Assembly: GCA_035221665.1 (NCBI GenBank)
Contig: CM069151.1
Coordinates: forward strand, 39,680,001-39,744,000
From: Okamejei kenojei
Lineage: Eukaryota
Direction: 5' to 3'
Length of the DNA stretch: 64,000 nt
The notes beneath the pieces were generated by a model. That model worked only from the letters and a program-made list of their open reading frames with translations. It was not told the DNA's origin and ran no database searches. Below, piece by piece: positions 49,013 through 61,300 of the stretch; within the stretch, counting starts at the first letter, position 1; every line of letters starts with the position of its first letter. Both the position numbers and the translations under genes were made by a program.

Positions 49013-50540
49013 CATAGAAACATAGCAACATAGAAATTAGGCGCAGGAGTAGGCCATTCGGCCCTTCGAGCCCGCACCGCCATTCAATATGATCATGGCT
49101 GATCATCCAACTCAGTATCCCGTACCTGCCTTCTCTCCATACTCCTCTGATCCCTTTAGCCACAAGGGCCACATCTAACTCCCTCTTAAATATAGCCAAT
49201 CAACTGGCCTCAACTACCCTCTGTGGCAGAGAGTTCCAGAGACTCACCACTCTCTGTGTGAAAAAAGTCTTTCTCATCTCGGTCTTAAAGGATTTCACCC
49301 TTATCCTTAAGCTGTGACCCCTTGTCCTGGACTTCCCCAACATCGGGAACAATCTTCCTGCATCTAGCCTAGCCAACCCCTTAAGAATTTTGTAAGTTTC
49401 TATAAGATCCCCTCTCAATCTCCTAAATTCTAGAGAGTATAAACCGAGTGTCTATCCAGTCTTTCTTCATAAGACAGTCCTGACATCCCAGGAATCAGTC
49501 TGGTGAACCTTCTCTGCACTCCCTCTATGGCAATAATGTCCTTCCTCAGGGTATACAAAAGGCTGGAGAAACTCAGCGGGTGCAGCTTCAATTCCCTCAT
49601 CCAGATCATTAATATATATTGTAAATAGCTGGGGTCCCAGCACTGAGCCCTGCAATACCCCACTAGTCACTGCCTGCCATTGTGAAAAGGACCCGTTTAC
49701 TCCTACTCTTTGCTTCCTGTTTGCCAGCCAGTTCTCTATCCACATCAATACTGAACCCCCAATGCCGTATGCTTTACGTTTGTATACTAATCTCTTATGT
49801 GGGACCTTGTCGAAAGCCTTCTGGAAGTCCAGATATACCACATCCACTGGTTCTCCCCTAGTTACATTCTCGAAGAATTCCACAAGATTCGTCAGATATG
49901 ATTTACCTTTCGTAAATCCATGCTGACTTTGTCCAATGATTTCACCACTTTCCAAATGTGCTGCTATCCCATCTTTAATAACTGACTCTAGCAGTTTCCC
50001 CATTACCGATGTTAGACTAACTGGTCTGTAATTCCCCGTTTTCTCTCTCCCTCCCTTCTTAAAAAGAGGGGTTACGTTTGCTACCCGCCAATCCTCAGGA
50101 ACTACTCCAGAATCTAAAGAGTTTTGAAAGATTATCACTAATGCATGCACTATTTCCTGAGCTACTTCCTTAAGTACTCTGGGATGCAGCCTATCTGGCC
50201 CTGGGGATTTATCGGCCTTTAATCCATTCAATTTACCCAACACCACTTCCCGACTAACCTGGATTTCACTCAATTCCTCCTTTGACCCGCGGTCCCCTGC
50301 TATTTCCGGCAGATTATTTATGTCTTCCTTAGTGAAGACGGACCAAAGTAGTTATTCAATTGGTCCGCCATATCCTTGTTCCCCATGATCAACTCACCTG
50401 TTTCTGACTGCAAGGGACCTACATTTGTTTTAACTAATCTCTTTCTCTTCACATATCTATAAAAACCTTTGCAGTCAGGTTTTATGTTCCCTGCCAGTTT
50501 TCTTTCATAATCTATTTTTCCTTTCCTAATTAAGCCCTTA
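49013..50540 (-). mobile_element. 5'-truncated CR1 LINE with internal deletion
   Basis: ORFs 49200-50662 match the 25242 copy; ~0.4 kb missing near 49550. Confidence 0.93.
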
Positions 50541-51455
50541 ATCATAACATCAGCCATGACCACATTGAATGGCGGTGCTGGCTCGAAGGGCCGAATGGCC
50601 TCCTCATGCACCCATTGTCTATTGTCTATTATATATTCAATACCCTGACTGATAAAGGCCAATGTACTGTAAGCCTTCTTGACTACCCTATTTACCTATG
50701 GTGCCACTTTCAAGGAACTATGTACTTGCACTCCTAGATCCCTCTGTTCTCCAACACACTGCAGGACCCTACCATTCACTGTGTAGGCCCTGCCCTGGTT
50801 TGACTTCCCAAAATGCAACACCTCGCACTTATCTCCATCAACCATTCTTCAGCCCACTCGCCCAATTGATCAAGGCCCTGCTGTAATTTTTGATAACATC
50901 TTCACTACGATGCCATCCACTTTCATGCCATCTGCAGACTTACTAATCATGTCTTCTTTTTTTTTTTATTTCAAAATATACTTTATTCAAATGTCTTCTA
51001 CATCACAGGCCTCCAGTCCTGAAAACAACCATCCATCATCAAACTCTGCTTCCTTCCATGAAGCCATTTCACTCTCCAGTCAGGAACAGGGAGTACTGAT
51101 TGTGGATGATCAGCCATGATCACAGTGAATGGCGGTGCTGGCTAGAAGGGCCGAATGGCCTATTCCTGCACCTATTGTCTATTGTCTATCAATTGTCTGT
51201 GTTTGTTTGCACGAAGGACTGTTTTTTTTGCACAGTATTATGGTTATAGATTTTTTTTGCTTAATATTTATTCTCTCTGTGTATTACATTTGCAGGCCTG
51301 TTATGCTGCTGCAAGTAAAAAAAATAATTGATCAGTTGTCAGTAGATAGACAATTAAAGACTCTTGATCTCTCTATGCCAGCCTCCTACTGTCCCAGTAG
51401 AGTCTTTAATATACATTCTTGCAATGTGAACAGTTATGGCAAGACTAACATTTAT

Positions 51456-52144
51456 GGCCCTGTCTCACGGTGCGAGTTGACCCACGAGGTACCCCGAGTG
51501 ACAGACTCGTGGCTGTGTACGAGACTTCAAGTTTATGATCAAGTGTGTAACCGAGTTCCCACGGGTATGTTATTTCTGCGATGCTCCAACTTCCTCTCCC
51601 GAGTTACCAAGTTCCTCTCCCGTTACTCTTGAGCCAACCGTGAATGAAGGTATGTTTTAATAAAGCAACAATGTTAAAATACATCTCCATCCTGTGGCTT
51701 TGAGTTATTTCAGCGCGGCCGCATCTATTGATACGACCTACAAAGGGAAAATGCGCACCCTCCAGTAACCAATAACGTGGTAAGTGCATTTCTTGTTGTT
51801 TTATGTTTTTAAATACTGTCTTTCCCCGGGTTGGGGGGAGAGCTCAGTTCATAGTATTTGGGGAGTCTGGCGTTGTGAAGGAGGGGATTGGGGTCAGTAA
51901 CCCACTTGCCACGCTCCGGTCTGAGTGCAGGTAGATGGGACTAGGTGAGTAGTGTTCAGCACGGAGTAAAAGGGCAGAGATGGCCTGTTTCCGTGCTGTC
52001 ATTGCTATATGGTTTTATTGTGGCCGGGGAGTGAATTAGCTTGGGTGGCTGCCGCAGCGCTCCGGGCACGGACAGCAGAACTGGCCGCCACTTCCGAGGA
52101 AGGAAGCAGCTCGGGTGACTGACTTTGAGCGGCCGCCGGGACCC

Positions 52145-52231
<87 letters not shown>

Positions 52232-53272
52232 CACAGACAGCAGGACTGGCCGCCACTTCAGAGGAAGGAAGCAGCTCGGGTGACTGACTTTGAGCGGCCG
52301 CCGGGACCCGACAGCAGACACACACACAGATACACACAGATAGACAGAGAGGAGAGAGAGACACACACACATACACACACAGAGAGAGAGAGAGAGAGAT
52401 ACACACAGACAGCAGCTGGCCACCACTTCAGAGGAAGGAAGCAGCTCGGGTGACTGACTTTGAGCGGCCGNNNNNNNNNNNNNNNNNNNNNNNNNNNNNN
52501 NNNNNNNNNNNNNNNNNNNNNNNNNNNNNNNNNNNNNNNNNNNNNNNNNNNNNNNNNNNNNNNNNNNNNNNNNNNNNNNNNNNNNNNNNNNNNNNNNNNN
52601 NNNNNNNNNNNNNNNNNNNNNNNNNNNNNNNNNNNNNNNNNNNNNNNNNNNNNNNNNNNNNNNNNNNNNNNNNNNNNNNNNNNNNNNNNNNNNNNNNNNN
52701 NNNNNNNNNNNNNNNNNNNNNNNNNNNNNNNNNNNNNNNNNNNNNNNNNNNNNNNNNNNNNNNNNNNNNNNNNNNNNNNNNNNNNNNNNNNNNNCCCTTC
52801 TTCAGACAATCCAATGTCCCATAATATATTCTTTAAATATTAAGTTTTCTGTTGAAAGTGTGGTGCCGTGGTTATGGGTGGTCGGAAGGAAGATGATGAG
52901 GTCTGGTACAAGTTGACTTTATATAATATGTATATACATATTATACTACTTTGGTTCAGTCCCTTTCAGATTATAAAAAAGTTCCCACGATAGACTCACG
53001 AGACACTAAGGTAAACGCACGGGCCATTACGTTACTGCAACGAGTTTAAATGTTTCCATTTTTTAACTTGAACAGTTAATTTGACTCGTGGAAAAAATCA
53101 AACATGTTTGATTTTTTTCACGAGTTAACAAGTTTCCCGAGTACCTGCCGTTAGCGCCACGAGTGGACAAGTTGAACGCGCGAGTTCCGACGTTGCTGCT
53201 ACGTTCATCGTACGTGACCACCACGAGTGAAAACTCTGGGTCACTCGTGGGCCAACTCGCACTGTGAGACAG
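51456..53272. mobile_element. Harbinger-like non-autonomous element spanning the assembly gap
   Basis: TIR GGCCCTGTCTCACGGTGCGAGTTGACCCACGAG / CTCGTGGGCCAACTCGCACTGTGAGACAG; interior has repeated ~70-bp blocks separated by (CA)n(GA)n. Confidence 0.65.
52471..52794. other. Assembly gap (324 N)
   Basis: Run of N. Confidence 1.
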
Positions 53273-54644
53273 TTATGTCAAGACTAACATTTATTGCCTT
53301 TCCCCTGTTAGCTTTAGATGGGTGTGATTGACCTTCTTATCTGATGCATCTGACTTTTATTTCTTGCAGTGAATAAATTCGAATTGCTACTTGCTTGCTC
53401 CTTAGCTTCAGGGAGTAGCTGATGATTATCTGCTTCCTGCGGGACTGGAGGCGGATGTGACCCAGACTGGGCATGGGTGGACCACAGCGAACGTTAGTTA
53501 GCAAACTAGATTTGTCACTAGATTTGATCCAACGGCTTCACAGTCAACGGAAATAAAAGCGTTAAAAAACTTAAAACACTCATGTTGGCATGGTGGGTTT
53601 GACATGCGGGTGAAAAAACAGCAACAGAACCACTGCAACACATATATCGTCTGCAGCTCACGCCTGAGTTTGGGACCCTGACCAATTTATACAGCGTCAC
53701 CAGAGGTTTGATGAGACCAAATTTAATGCCCCGAGATGATCTTGTCAAACAACTGTACTACAGGAATGCTCGCTGTGCTCGCAGTCTGTTCACAGTGACA
53801 CACACACACCGCAGATGTGTTACAATCTCACTTAGCACATACACACACCCGTCAAATATTTATGCAAATTCATGTCCAAAATTAATTGGATATTAACATC
53901 TTCAATCGCACTGACCTAAAAGCTATAGAGTGTTGTTAAAATCAGTTCAAATTTTATTTCTGCATTGCTAAATCCAGACTGTTCAATACGTTTAAGAAAG
54001 AACTGCAGATGCTGGAAAAATTGAAGGTAGACAAAAAGCTGGAGAAACTCATCGGGTGAGGCAGCATCTACGGAGCGAAGGAATGGGTGACGCAGTCTGA
54101 AGAAGGGTCTCGACCCAAAACGTCACCCATTCCTTCGCTCCATAGATGCTGCCTCACCCGCTGAGTTTCTCCAGCTTTTTGTCTACCTCAGACTGTTCAA
54201 TAAGTTGATTCACATACAAACCTTCACCATTGTTATTAATGGGATGAGACTTGTCCCGCTAGTCCTTTTCTGTCTCTGCTTTGTCCTCTCCCTCTGCCAC
54301 TCTTTATTTGTCTCTGCCTCCTTGCATTTTTCTTCTTGGCATTGCCTCCATCTGTAATATCCTCTTCTTATAAATCACTTTTTTTCCCATTTGTGGAAAG
54401 AAATTTCCAAACATTTTTACAGTACATATTATGCATGTTGATTTGGACTTACTACTGTCTGGGAACCTAATTTGTGGACTGGGTCTTGGGTGAGTGAACA
54501 CAAGGCTCTAGACCTTGCTGCCATTGACAATGCTTTCTGTGATATCTCACATACCCATCAACTTACATATGATTTTTTAGCCACTTAACTACGTGAAAGG
54601 ATAATTTACAGTAGTCAATTGATCTGCCGGTGTATTTATGGGGA

Positions 54645-55002
54645 TAGCATAGAAGATAGGTGCAGAAGGAGGCGATTCGGCCCTTCAAGTCAGCACCGCC
54701 ATTCATTGTGATCATGGCTGATCGTCCCCTATCAATAACCCGTGCCTGCCTTCTCCCCATATCCCTTGACTGCACTAGCCCCTAGAGCTCTATCTAACTC
54801 TCTCTTAAATCCATCCAGTGACTTGGCCTCCACTGCCCTCTGTGGTAGGGATTTCCACAAACTCACAACTCTCTGGCTGAAAAAGTTTTTTCTCACCTCA
54901 GTCTTAAATGACCTCCCCTTTATTCTAAGACTGTGGCCCCTGGTTCTGGACTCGCCCAACATTGGGAACATTTTTCCTGCATCTAGCTTGTCCAGTCCTT
55001 TT
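54645..55002 (-). mobile_element. CR1 3' fragment
   Basis: ORF 54732-54971 (GESRTRGHSLRIKG...GYGEKAGTGY), like the 39561 subfamily. Confidence 0.9.
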
Positions 55003-55350
55003 ATCTATCTATATTACTAAAAGTCTGATCTTGACTGCTTTTGGCTCGCTGTGCTGTGATTTCCGAGAGAAAGCCTACGGCCGTCATTTTTGGCCACCTC
55101 GCTCAGAGCCCTCCTCCGCCTTCCAGGACCAGAGGAGTTTTCCCATCGATGAAAAATCAGAGAGATATTACTGTTTTTAAAATATTCCCCATTCTCTCTG
55201 CTGCCCCTGCTGGAGGGAGGGGGAGGGACTATAAAACCAGGAAGTGGTGTGCCTCACTCAGTCTCTGCAAGATGGAGGAAGCCAGTGGTGTGCCTCACTC
55301 AGTCTCTCTAAATAGCACTGAACACATATCTACTCAACTGTGAGTGCCCT
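55003..55350 (+). mobile_element. Helitron-like 5' end preceding the satellite (second truncated copy ~60452-60522)
   Basis: A|TCTATCTATATTACTAAAAGTCTGATCTTGACTG start is repeated at ~60452; a TC 5' terminus after A is Helitron-like; no 3' end visible. Confidence 0.45.
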
Positions 55351-58300
55351 TAATGTTGTTCTAAAAAGGTTGCAAAAAATGTGTATTGGTTCTAAAATGG
55401 TTACAAAAAGTGTATTTTTTGGTTCAAAAATGGCTGCACAAATGGTCTATTGGTTCTAAAATGCTTGCAAAAAGTGTCTATATTGGTTCTAAAATGCAGA
55501 AATTGTTTCTTTTCGTTCAAAATGCTTGCAAAAACTGTCTCTATTGGTTCTAAATAGCTTGCAAAAAGTGTCTATTGGTTCTAAAATGGTTGCAAAAAGT
55601 GTCTATTGGTTCTAAAATGCTTGCAAAAAGTGTCGATTGGTTTCTTAAATGCTTGCAAAAGTGTCTATATTGGTTCTAAAATGGTTGCAAAAAGTGTGTC
55701 TTTTGGTTCTAAAATGGTTGCAAAAGGTGTGCCTATTGGTTCTAAAATGGTTGCAGAAAGTGTCTCTATTGGGTCTCAAATGGTTGCAGAAAGTCTCAAT
55801 TGGGTCAAAAATGCTTGCAGATAATAATTAATTAATAATTAATTATTAATAATTAATTATTAATAATTAATTATAGCCGATTAACCTAGAATTAAGTAAT
55901 TAGCTGGAATGTTAAAGGTATTAACGAACCAATTAAGATAGGTAAAGTATTAGCACATTTAAGAGCATTTAAAGTAGATGTGGCATTCATCCAAGAGACA
56001 CATTTAAAAAAAGAGGCAGAACATAGATTAAAGGCTAAATGGATTGATAAAGTCTATCATTCTTCTTTCACACACAAATCTAGAGGTGTAGCAATATTAA
56101 TTCGTAAAGGCACTGCATTTAAACATACTTCAACAATAACTGATAGTGACGGTAGATATATTATTGTAATGGGAGAATTATATACACAAAAAATGATTTT
56201 TGTCAATGTATATGGCCCAAATTTTGATAGCCCGCTGTTTTTAAAAAAAATATTTAATACCATTCCGGAATTATCACAAAACATAATTGGAGGAGATTTA
56301 AATTGTACACTAGGTCCTTATTTGGACAGATCATCAAAACAACGGAAACTTAAATCGCATTCCAGTGAGTTAATAAATGCATATATAGATACTAGTAATA
56401 TTAAAGATGTTTGGAGATTGCAAAACCCAACAGGACGAGAACACTCATTTCACTCACCTGTGCATAAAATTTATTCAAGAATAGATTATTTTTTGGTAGA
56501 TTTAAAACTTATTCCACTTACGTATAATTCAAAATATCACAATATTATAATTTCAGATCATGCACCTTTAACTTTTATGATGAAAATAACTGGTAAAACG
56601 GAAAAACAAGGACAATGGAGATTTAACCCACAAATTTTAAAAGACAAAATAACTCAAGAATATATCACAAAACAGATCAAGATTTTCTTTGAAATAAATG
56701 ATACTCCAGAAATATCTTCGTCCCTATTATGGGAAACTTTTAAAGCGTATGTTCGGGGAATTATCATATCCTCTCAAACATTTTATAATAAAGAGAATCG
56801 GAGGGTACAACAGGCATTGGAAAGGGAGATCAAACAATTAGACACAGAGAATGCTGTTAATCCAACCATGATAAAACATAATAAAATCTTTGCATTGAAA
56901 TATAAATTAAATAAAATACAGTCAGACCAAGTTGTAAAACTATACCAATATACTAAACAAATACAATTTGAATTTGGAGACAAACCACATAAATTATTGG
57001 CTCGTCAATTACGAAAATTGGAAGGAGAAAAATTAATCTATAGGATTAAATCAGATAAAGGGGAATTACTAGTACAAACTAAAGATATAAACGAGAGATT
57101 TTGCAATATTATAAAAATTTATATTCAGCCAAAACAAAAGAAAATCGGATAGGAGTAGAAACATTCTTAAAAAATTGTAATCTAAAAGGACTGGATTTAG
57201 AAGATAGAGAATTATTAAACGTTGAAATAACTACTAAAGAAATTGAAGAAGCTATTAGATCATTAAAAAATGGTAAAACTCCAGGACCAGATGCTATTGG
57301 ATCAGAATGTTATAAAACATTTTATGATATGATAGCTCCACGTTTGAAGACACTATATGAACACATTTTTGCACAACAGAAATTACCAGAAACATTAAAT
57401 GAATCTATTATAATGCTCATACCTAAATCAGATAAAAATCTGGATGATCCAGGGTCATATAGAGCTATATCTCTTTTAAATACTGATCAAAAAATATTAA
57501 CCAAAATACTAGCACAAAGACTAAATGCAGTGATTAATAAACTAATTCATTCAGATCAAACAGGATTTATACCAAAACGATACTCCTCAAACAACCTGAG
57601 AAGATTATTCAATATTATATACTCAAAAAGAAACATTAATAAGGATTTATCAATTATTTTGTTGGACGCAGAGAAAGCTTTTGATCAGATTGAATGGTCT
57701 TATTTATTTTCGGTTATGGAATCTTTTCAGTTGGGGGAGAAGTTTATAACATGGGTTAAGTTACTATATACCAAGCCAACAGCTAGAATATTAATAAACC
57801 AAATGTTAACAACTAAATTTAACTTATTCCGAGGCTGCAGACAAGGTTGTCCTTTATCTCCACTACTGTTTGCACTTGCAATAGAACCACTAGCAAAATC
57901 CGTGAGATTGCATCCTGAAATATACGGGTATGAAACTAAAGAAACTGAAAATAAAATCTCTTTATATGCAGATGATGTATTACTTTATATCACAAAGCCG
58001 GAAATTAGTATTCCTAACTTATTAGATTTAATAACTCAGTTTGGATTGTTTTCAGGATATAGAATTAATTGGAATAAAAGTGAACTTATGCCAATAATGG
58101 GAAATAACTTACATATATTACAACAATATCCTTTTAAGATAGCAAATGAAAAAAATCAAATATCTTGGAATTTATGTAACAAAAAGATATGATTCTTTAT
58201 TTAAATCTAATTTCCCACCTTTATTGAATAAACTACTTAACAATATCCTATATTGGAAAACATTACCTATTTCAATGCTAGGTAAAATTAATGCGATAAA

Positions 58301-61300
58301 AATGATTTTTCTTCCACAATTATTATACTTGTTTCAAATGATCCCGATATATCTTCCTAAAAAAATTTTTAAGAAAGTGGACTCTATAGTTACCAATTTT
58401 ATTTGGGATTATAAGAACCATAGAATAATTAAAAAACATCTATGTAAATCAAAAATGAATGGAGGTTTTGCATTGCCTAATTTTATGTTTTATTATTGGG
58501 CAGTTAATATAAAAAATATGAATTACTGGTTGAAAGAAGTAGATAAACAACCAAACTGGTTAAAAATGGAAAAGGAAGACTGTTCACCTTTCGAAATTAG
58601 CTCGATTTTATTTGCTAACACTAAAATATGTAAGAAAATTTATAGAGGAAACCCAATAATAGAAAGTGGTATACGTATTTGGAAACAATTAAAAAAAACA
58701 TTAAAATTACAGAGTATACCACTAGCTCTTCCAATTGTAAACAACATTACTTTTAAACCTTCATTAATGGATAAAGGTTTTTTTTTAATGGAAGAACTAT
58801 GGAATAAATAAGATGGGTGATCTCTACAGGGAAAGTTTATTTCTTTCATTTCAGGAATTACAACAAAATTATGGATTACACTCCAAAGAATATTTTAGAT
58901 ATCTACAAATTAGAGATTATATTAAATCAAATACACCAATTTTAGGAATAGAAAGACAGAAATTTAGATGAATGTCTAAATAAACATCCAAATACAGAAA
59001 AATTAATATCATATATTTATAATATCTTACTGGAAAATGATTTACCAAATACGGAAAAATATCGACAAGCATGGGAAAATGAATTAGGTCAAACAATTAG
59101 TATAGAAGTATGGAATGAAAGTTTACAACATATACACCATTGCTCATTAAATGCCAGACACTCCTTGATACAATTTAAAGTTATACTTAGATTACACTTC
59201 TCAAAATCCAAATTAAACAGAATTTTCTCAAATGTTTCCGCTATATGTGATAAATGTCAACAGTTAGAAGCTAATCTAACGCATTCATTCACAAAACGTA
59301 CAAAAATTACTAATTTTTGGACAGAAATTTTTAAGATAATCTCGAATGTAGTTAATGCAAATTTAATTCCAGACTCAAAATTAATTATATTAGGAATATT
59401 AGAAACGGATCAGCTACTAACAACACAACAAATAATTTTTATTGGTTATAGTTTAATAATTGGTAAAAAATTAATACTAAGATTTTGGAAAGGTCCCATA
59501 TCCCCCACAATCAAAATGTGGATTACAGAAATGTCGGAGACACTTCACCTGGAAAGATTAAGACTTGTCCTAATGGACAGGTTAGATCAATTCAGAGGAA
59601 TATGGTCTCCATTTATTGAATACTTAAAGGGTTAAGGTGGTCCGGTTCGAGGCCCTGACTGAAGCCTGAATGAAGGAATAGATGAAGAATTATATACAAT
59701 AGATCACGAATATATCTCCAATTAAGAATATCTTGCTTAATACTCCACTCATTTTATTGATTTTTTATTTCTTTCTTATTTCTTTTTCTTTTTATTATTT
59801 CTCTTTATTTTCTACTGTTATAAAATAATAAAAAAATATAGAAGTATAAATAAGAATGACCATAAATTTTAAAAATATTAAGAATGTATGTGACAAATAA
59901 TATGTTTTCTTTTATTTTCGATTTTATATTATTTCTTCTTAATATGTATTTACTTCTAATAAAAATATTTTACAAAAAAAAATGCTTGCAGAAAGTGTCT
60001 TTTGGTTCTAAAATGCTTGCAAAAACTGTCTCCTGGTTCTAAAGTGCTTGCAAAAAGTGTCACTCGGTTCTAAATGGTTGCATAAACTGTCTGTTGGGTC
60101 TAAAAGGTTGCAGAAAGTGTCCATTGTGTCTAAATAGTTGCAAAAAGTGTCCATTGTGTCTAAAATGGTTGCACAATTGTTTATTGGGACTAAAATTGTT
60201 GCAGAAAGTGTCTATTGGGTATAAATGGTTGCAGAAAGTCTCTATTGGGTCTAAAATGCTTGCTGAAAGAGTGTCTCTATTCCATCTGAAATGCTTGCTG
60301 AAAGAGTGTCTCTTTTGGGTCTAAAATGCTAGCTGAAAGAGTGTCTATTGGTTCTAAAACACGTGCTGAAAGAGTGTCTCCATTTGTTCTAAAATGCAAA
60401 AAGTGTGTCTATTGGTTCTAAAATGCTTGCAAAAAGTGTGTCTATCTGTCTGTCTATCTATCTATATATTACTAAAATTCTGATCTTGACTGTTTTTGGC
60501 TCGTTGTGATTTCCAAGAGAAATGGGTGCAAAAAGTGTATTTTTTTGGTTCTAAAAAGGTTGCAAAAATGGTCTATTCGTTCCAAAATGCTTGCAAAAAG
60601 TGTCTCTATTGGTGCTAAGATGCTTGCAAAAAGTGTCTATTGGTTCTAAAATGCTTGCAAAAGGTGTCCATTGTGTCTACAATATTTCGTTCCAAAATGC
60701 TTGCAAAAAGTGTCTCTATTGGTGCTAAGATGCTTGCAAAAAGTGTCTATTGGTTCTAAAATGCTTGCAAAAAGTGTCTATGGGTTCTAAATGGTTGCAA
60801 AAAGTGTCTATTGGTTCTAAATGGTTGCAAAAGGTGTCCATTGTGTCTACAATAGTTGCAGAAAGTGTCTATTGGGTCTAAAATGGTTGCTGAAAGTGTC
60901 TTGCAAAAAGTGTCTCATTTTGTTCTAAAATGCTTGCAAAAAGTGTGTCTATTGGTTCTAAATTGTTTGCAAAAAGTGTCTCTATTGGTTCTAAAATGGT
61001 TGCAAAAAGTGTCTATTGGTTCTAAAATGGTTGCAAAAAGTGTCTCTTGGTTCTAAAATGGTTGCAAAAAGTGTCTCTTGGTCCTAAAATTGTTGCAAAA
61101 AGTGTCTCTTGGATCTAAAATGGTTGCAAAAAGTATCTCTTGATTCTAAAATGGTTGCAAAAAGTGTCTCTATTGGTGCTAAAATGCTTGCAGAAAGTGT
61201 CTCTTGGTTCTAAAATGCTTGCAGAAAGTGTCTCTTGGTTCTAAAATGTTTGCAGAAAGTGTCTATTGGTTCTAAATTGTTGCAAAAAGTGTCTATTACG

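Noticed and set aside
51956-52843. ORFs rich in CV/SL/HT/ER repeats or X
   Set aside because: Dinucleotide microsatellites and the N gap
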